Part shown: piece by piece, positions 59,386 to 64,000 of the stretch | Numbering within the stretch: the stretch's first letter is position 1 | Layout: every line of letters begins with the position of its first letter | From: Eledone cirrhosa | Lineage: Eukaryota | Reading direction: 5' to 3' | DNA: 64,000 nucleotides | Assembly (NCBI GenBank): GCA_964016885.1 | Contig: OZ024745.1 | Coordinates: forward strand, 14,074,001 to 14,138,000 | Notes under the pieces: generated by a model | What the model was told of the DNA's origin: nothing | The model's database searches: none | The model's input: the letters and a program-made list of their open reading frames with translations, nothing else | Translations under genes and position numbers: made by a program

Positions 59386-60578
59386 TATATATATATATAA
59401 ATATATATATAAGAGCGGTGCTCCAGCATGGCTTCAGCCGGATGGCTGGAACAAATTAAAGAGTAAAAGAGTAAAAGAGTTTGTAAATTCCCTTAAACTT
59501 GCTATCAGCAGATAAAATACTTTGATGAAATTGCTATTAGTGTAAATAGAACAAATGAAATAATTAAGGAATCCTATAAACTATATTTAAACTGTTTTTG
59601 TTGTTAGATTTGATCGTGAACTAAGCTAAATTTATTTAGTTATAATTTTGTTCGTTAGAATTTTCCAATTTTCAAGTCTTTTTCAAGTGAATAATATCAA
59701 TACTAAACACTAAATACAGATTTATTATGGGCATACAGGTTTCACTTTCACAAAATATATTTATTTGTTGTTTCTAGTTGTTTCAAATTCATGTTTACTT
59801 CGTCATTTATCAGCCGATAATCTATTCAAATATAATTATGAGATTCTATGGCTTTGAAGTTGACAAATCTTCATCGTTGTTCTTTATTGGTTTCCTTATT
59901 GTAAGAGAATAAACAGTGCCCTATATGCCGTGACTCAGTATTTTTATTGTAAGAATATGTATAACATCTTAATAATATTTACAACAACAAATTTTCTTGG
60001 TTTATATATTTTCTACAAATAACGTGCGATAACGTGGGATGTATACTAAATATTCAACAGTAAAAATAAGACCTTCATTGTTCTAATGTATCGTAATCTG
60101 AAACATAATGTAATGAAATGGTATAGTAAGGTCCCGTAACTCCAGAGGGAGTCATAGGCGTAGTAGTATACGGTGTTTCTGGGCATTTTAAACCTGGCGG
60201 GGCCCATCCCTCTTCAGGTCTGAATAGAGCATGTTTCTCTCAAAGAAGGCTAAAAATTGAGAGAATGGAAGTAAGAAAGGTATATAGAAAAAAAATCGAC
60301 CCCAGTACTAGACTGGTACTTTTTTTTATCGAAAGGATGACAGGAAAAGTTGACCTCGACGGGTTTTGAACTGAGAGAGTAGAGAGCTATCTCCAGTTCT
60401 CTCTTCTCTCTCATCTCTCTCATCTCTCTCTCCTCTCTCTTCTCCTCTCGCTTCTCCCCTCTCTCCTATACTATCCAATAGTGAAATCACTGTACTTCCA
60501 CATAACAAAAACTGTACAACGTATATCGGGGGGCGGGGGATCTTAATAATTAGCTTCTTTGTTGCCTTATAGCAAATC

Positions 60579-60666
<88 letters not shown>

Positions 60667-61264
60667 CTAGCAGTGGTACCCGGCGTTGCACGGGATTAGG
60701 TATTTTGGAACGCGGGCCGTCAACAGACCTAATCGTGGAAAAACTACATGCCTGGACAATATGTAAAGAAAATAAACCGAATACTCTGATGGCTGGATAT
60801 TCTTTAAGATTTTCCTCGATGAAGCAGGAAAAATATTATGTGCATAATATGCCTTAAAATATCGGGAAAATCGGCTAGACGTAACGCCTCAAAAAAGCCC
60901 TAAAAAGCTGTAAAAAGGAAGTTTTTCACCTAATGGGGGTTCTAAGCCATAAAAAGTTGGATTTTCTTTGCTCACGGTATGAAGAAGAGACTGACTAATA
61001 CATAGTTACAATTTCAAGGAAATCGGTCTGACGTAACGCCTCAAAAAAACCCATAAAAAGCTGAAAAAAACGCAGTTTTTCACCTAATGCGGACCCTAGG
61101 GGATCAAAAAGTTGAATTTTTTATGTGCATAAGATTCCCTGAAACATAAGTAATACACATGTAAAGTTTGAAAGTCGGTTGGGTACTTCTCGAGTTTTAG
61201 GGATTCAAACTCACAGACCCCCCCCCCCCACACACAGAGACATCCTCAGTTTTATATATATAGA
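60667..61264 (-). mobile_element. Non-autonomous Helitron
   Basis: Minus strand TCTATATATATAAAA start, hairpin CCCGTGCAACGCCGGG, CTAG end, between A and T; internal ~150-bp tandem duplication. Confidence 0.8.
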
Positions 61265-61514
61265 TTATATAATATATGAATGGAAAGACATAAATTAATA
61301 CATATATTATCTTAATATCTATTAGTTGACGTAGGATAAACAGAAACTACTTGTTGCATATACTATTAAAAAGCTTTTCACTGGAAAATTTGACAAGCAA
61401 TCTTATTTAAATGCTAAATGTATAAGGATTTATTAGCTTGTCCTTATTTATTTCGTGTCATTTGTGTTTCTATGGAGACATAAATCATAGATTAATATAC
61501 CACCCATTATTATT

Positions 61515-61745
61515 GGGAGAGGACAATTGCCCTGGTGGTTAGGGTCACCGTGGCTTTTTTAATGGGCTTTCTCCACGATGGCCCTCGGAAGCCTCCCCCC
61601 TATTGGGGAATTTTTCATTGTTCTTTTATTACATCCTCTGTTTTTTTTGTTTTTTTTTACACGCCTATTTGTACCGTCCTGTATTGTCCTGTACTGTCCT
61701 TAATGTCTACTTTGTGTAAACCCTTGTTGTTAATAAAGAAAGCAT
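61515..61745 (+). mobile_element. Probable 3' tail of another Tx1-like family in (ATT)n
   Basis: Stem-loop, T-rich tract, TGTAAACCC...AATAAAGAAAG; CATTATTATT on both sides. Confidence 0.5.
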
Positions 61746-61756
61746 TATTATTATTA

Positions 61757-62802
61757 TTATTGTTCTTTGAGTCTCAGTCATTGATGTTAGTTAACTGGAA
61801 AGTTTGTTGAAATGAATATCAAGCCACTACCTGCAGCCTCAGATATTCAGGACGTATCGGAGGGTTCTTGCTGTTCCCTGCAAGCATGCTTTTGAAGTGT
61901 TCCAAAAAGCGGGGCGGGGCCAATTTTCTTTAAACATCCCTGGAAACTTTTTGAGATAGTACCTAGTGCGCCTATGACAATCGGGACCACTTTGACTTCA
62001 TGGCAGTTCCAAATCCTTTTTACCTCCCACTTTAAGTCCTGGTATCGGTTAATTTTCTCCCTCTCCTTCTCTTGCACTCTCATGTCGAATGGGCATGCTA
62101 CATCCACAATCAGGCACGATCTTTTTTCTTTGTCCAAAACCACCAGGTCAGGTCTATTGTGTTCCAGTTTCTTGTCCGTCTGTATCCTAATATCCCACAG
62201 CACCTTCACCTGATCGTTTTCTATCACCGACTCTGGCTTATGCTCATACCACTTCTCAGAATGTGGTAAATTGTTTACTTTGCGTAGGTGCCAGTGGATC
62301 ACCCTGCCCATCACATCATGTCTCCAGCCCTTATAGTGAGTCTGGGCTAGGTGTTTACACTCGGATACAATGTGAGCCACAGTCTCCTCTCTCTCTCCAC
62401 AGATCCTGCACAGTGGGCTAGCCTCCTCCTTGTAAATATGGTGTTTCAACCACTTCGTTTTGAGGGCCTGCTCTTGCGCAGCAATTAGCATTCCTTCTGT
62501 AGCCTTTTTAAGGTCTCCTTTTTTCAACCAGTTCCATATCTGTGGATCTCTGAATTCAGTTTTCTCAAAGAAGGTACTATGAAGGGATTTTTCATGAAGG
62601 CTGCTCTTTCTCCTTGTTATTTCCTCCTTGGACATCCCCTGGTCTATTGTCCTCTCCTTCAGTACAATTCTGAGCATTGGCTCCCTACTGTCAGTCACGT
62701 ATTTGTGTAGGTTGTTTTTCTTCATCTGAACACAGTCCACTATGCTGATAAGACCTCTTCCACCTTCAGATCTCTTTAAGTAGAGTCTATCGACATCACT
62801 CT
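61757..62802 (-). mobile_element. 5'-truncated R4/Dong-like non-LTR element (CCHC finger plus restriction-like endonuclease)
   Basis: RLYLKRSEGGRGL, CRICGEREETVAHIVSEC, RHD, RPDLV...DVACP, KINRYQDL, PIVIGALG; (TAA)n tracts at both ends. Confidence 0.9.
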
Positions 62803-62821
62803 TCTTCTTCTTCTTCTTCTT

Positions 62822-62890
<69 letters not shown>

Positions 62891-62977
62891 TCATTAAACT
62901 ACAGTCAAGTGGAATCTATTTTGGTTTCTCTCTTCATTAACTTCATCAACAATATATATATATATATATATATCTAT

Positions 62978-64000
62978 CTAAGGCGGGTAAAATTCCCGAG
63001 ATCCATGGACGAGTTCTCTCCAGCGGTCTCTGTCCCTCATTATCGCTGCCATGTCCTGCGTCTCCAACAGACCAGTGTCTGTCCTTAGGGCATCAACATA
63101 TGTTAACCTTGGTCTTCCTCTTCCAGTGTGTCCATGTAGGGGATCCCAAAGGAGCACGGAGTGCAATGTCAACTCTGGATGTCGGTGAGCATGTCCAGCC
63201 AACCTCAGTCTCCTCTGTGTCACTTTTGAGCTGACTTTTGGGAGGCTCCCATACAGCTCTGAGTTTTTCATCCTCAGTGTATACTGATTAATGTTCAGAG
63301 CCATCCTCAGCATTCTCGTGTAGCACTCATCCACCATCTGAGTGAGTCTCTTGGTCAGTGTCCAAGTCTCAGACCCATACAGCAGCACAGACTCCACTAC
63401 AGCAATGAAGAGGCGGATTTTCAGGTCTCTACGAAGGTCCGACTTCCACACCGATCTCAAGCTGTGGCACGCCGCCCAGGCCTTGCTCTTCCTCTCAACC
63501 ACATCATCTTCCGTATTCCCAATCTTTGCTCCCAAATACAGGAAGTCCTCAACCAATTCCAGCAGCTTCCCGCCTACATTAGTGATCCCCTCTGGCTTCT
63601 CAACATTCTCTACCAGATATTTTGTTTTAGTCTCATTCATTCTCAGCCCCACACTCATCGACACAGTCTCAACCTCCCGCATCAAATCCTCTGCCTCCTT
63701 CACTGTATTTGTCACCAAAACTATGTCGTCGGCAAATTCAGCATCCGATACCTTTTTCGCCCCAACTCTCCTGCTCCGAGCCGGTGCTACAGTAAAGCCA
63801 GAGTCCTGGTGTTTCTCCAGTGCAAGGCGCATACAATAGTCCACTACGATGATAAAAAGGTAGGGAGCCAATGTATCTCCCTGGAGCACTCCAGCCAGTA
63901 TCTCAAAGAACTCTGTCATCCCATCAGGTGTAATGACTTGGGCTTTGGTGTTGGTGTAGAGCAGTGATATCAGGTCCACTATCCTCTTGGGGATTCCATA
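62978..64000 (-). mobile_element. RTE-type LINE, RT and C-terminus (runs off the window)
   Basis: GVLQGDTLAPYLF, FADD, LLYGSETW, RRLRLAGH, GRGRP; open frame. Confidence 0.92.

Overview
AT-rich, microsatellite-dense eukaryotic DNA, most likely an octopus or other cephalopod judging by the Nin/Deu-domain tRNA-SINEs (inference). It is almost entirely repetitive apart from two probable last exons of a host gene (801-1496). Main contents: (1) a near-complete Penelope-like retroelement (9263-13992, minus strand) with two seemingly identical 416-bp pLTRs, each carrying a minimal hammerhead ribozyme and an NRF1+ETS motif pair, plus an inverted 5' piece that starts at the predicted ribozyme cleavage site; (2) about ten further hammerhead-like motifs, several inside long palindromes; (3) a ~19.5-kb head-to-tail stack of seven Tx1/L1-clade LINE units (three full length) associated with (TCTA)n, with structured UTRs and an AG|GTAAGT motif at each ORF1/ORF2 junction; (4) fragments of RTE, CR1-like and R4/Dong LINEs and a second Penelope, hAT/mariner/pogo MITEs, Helitrons and minisatellites. 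All alignments and RNA folds were done by eye; boundaries may be off by a few bases.
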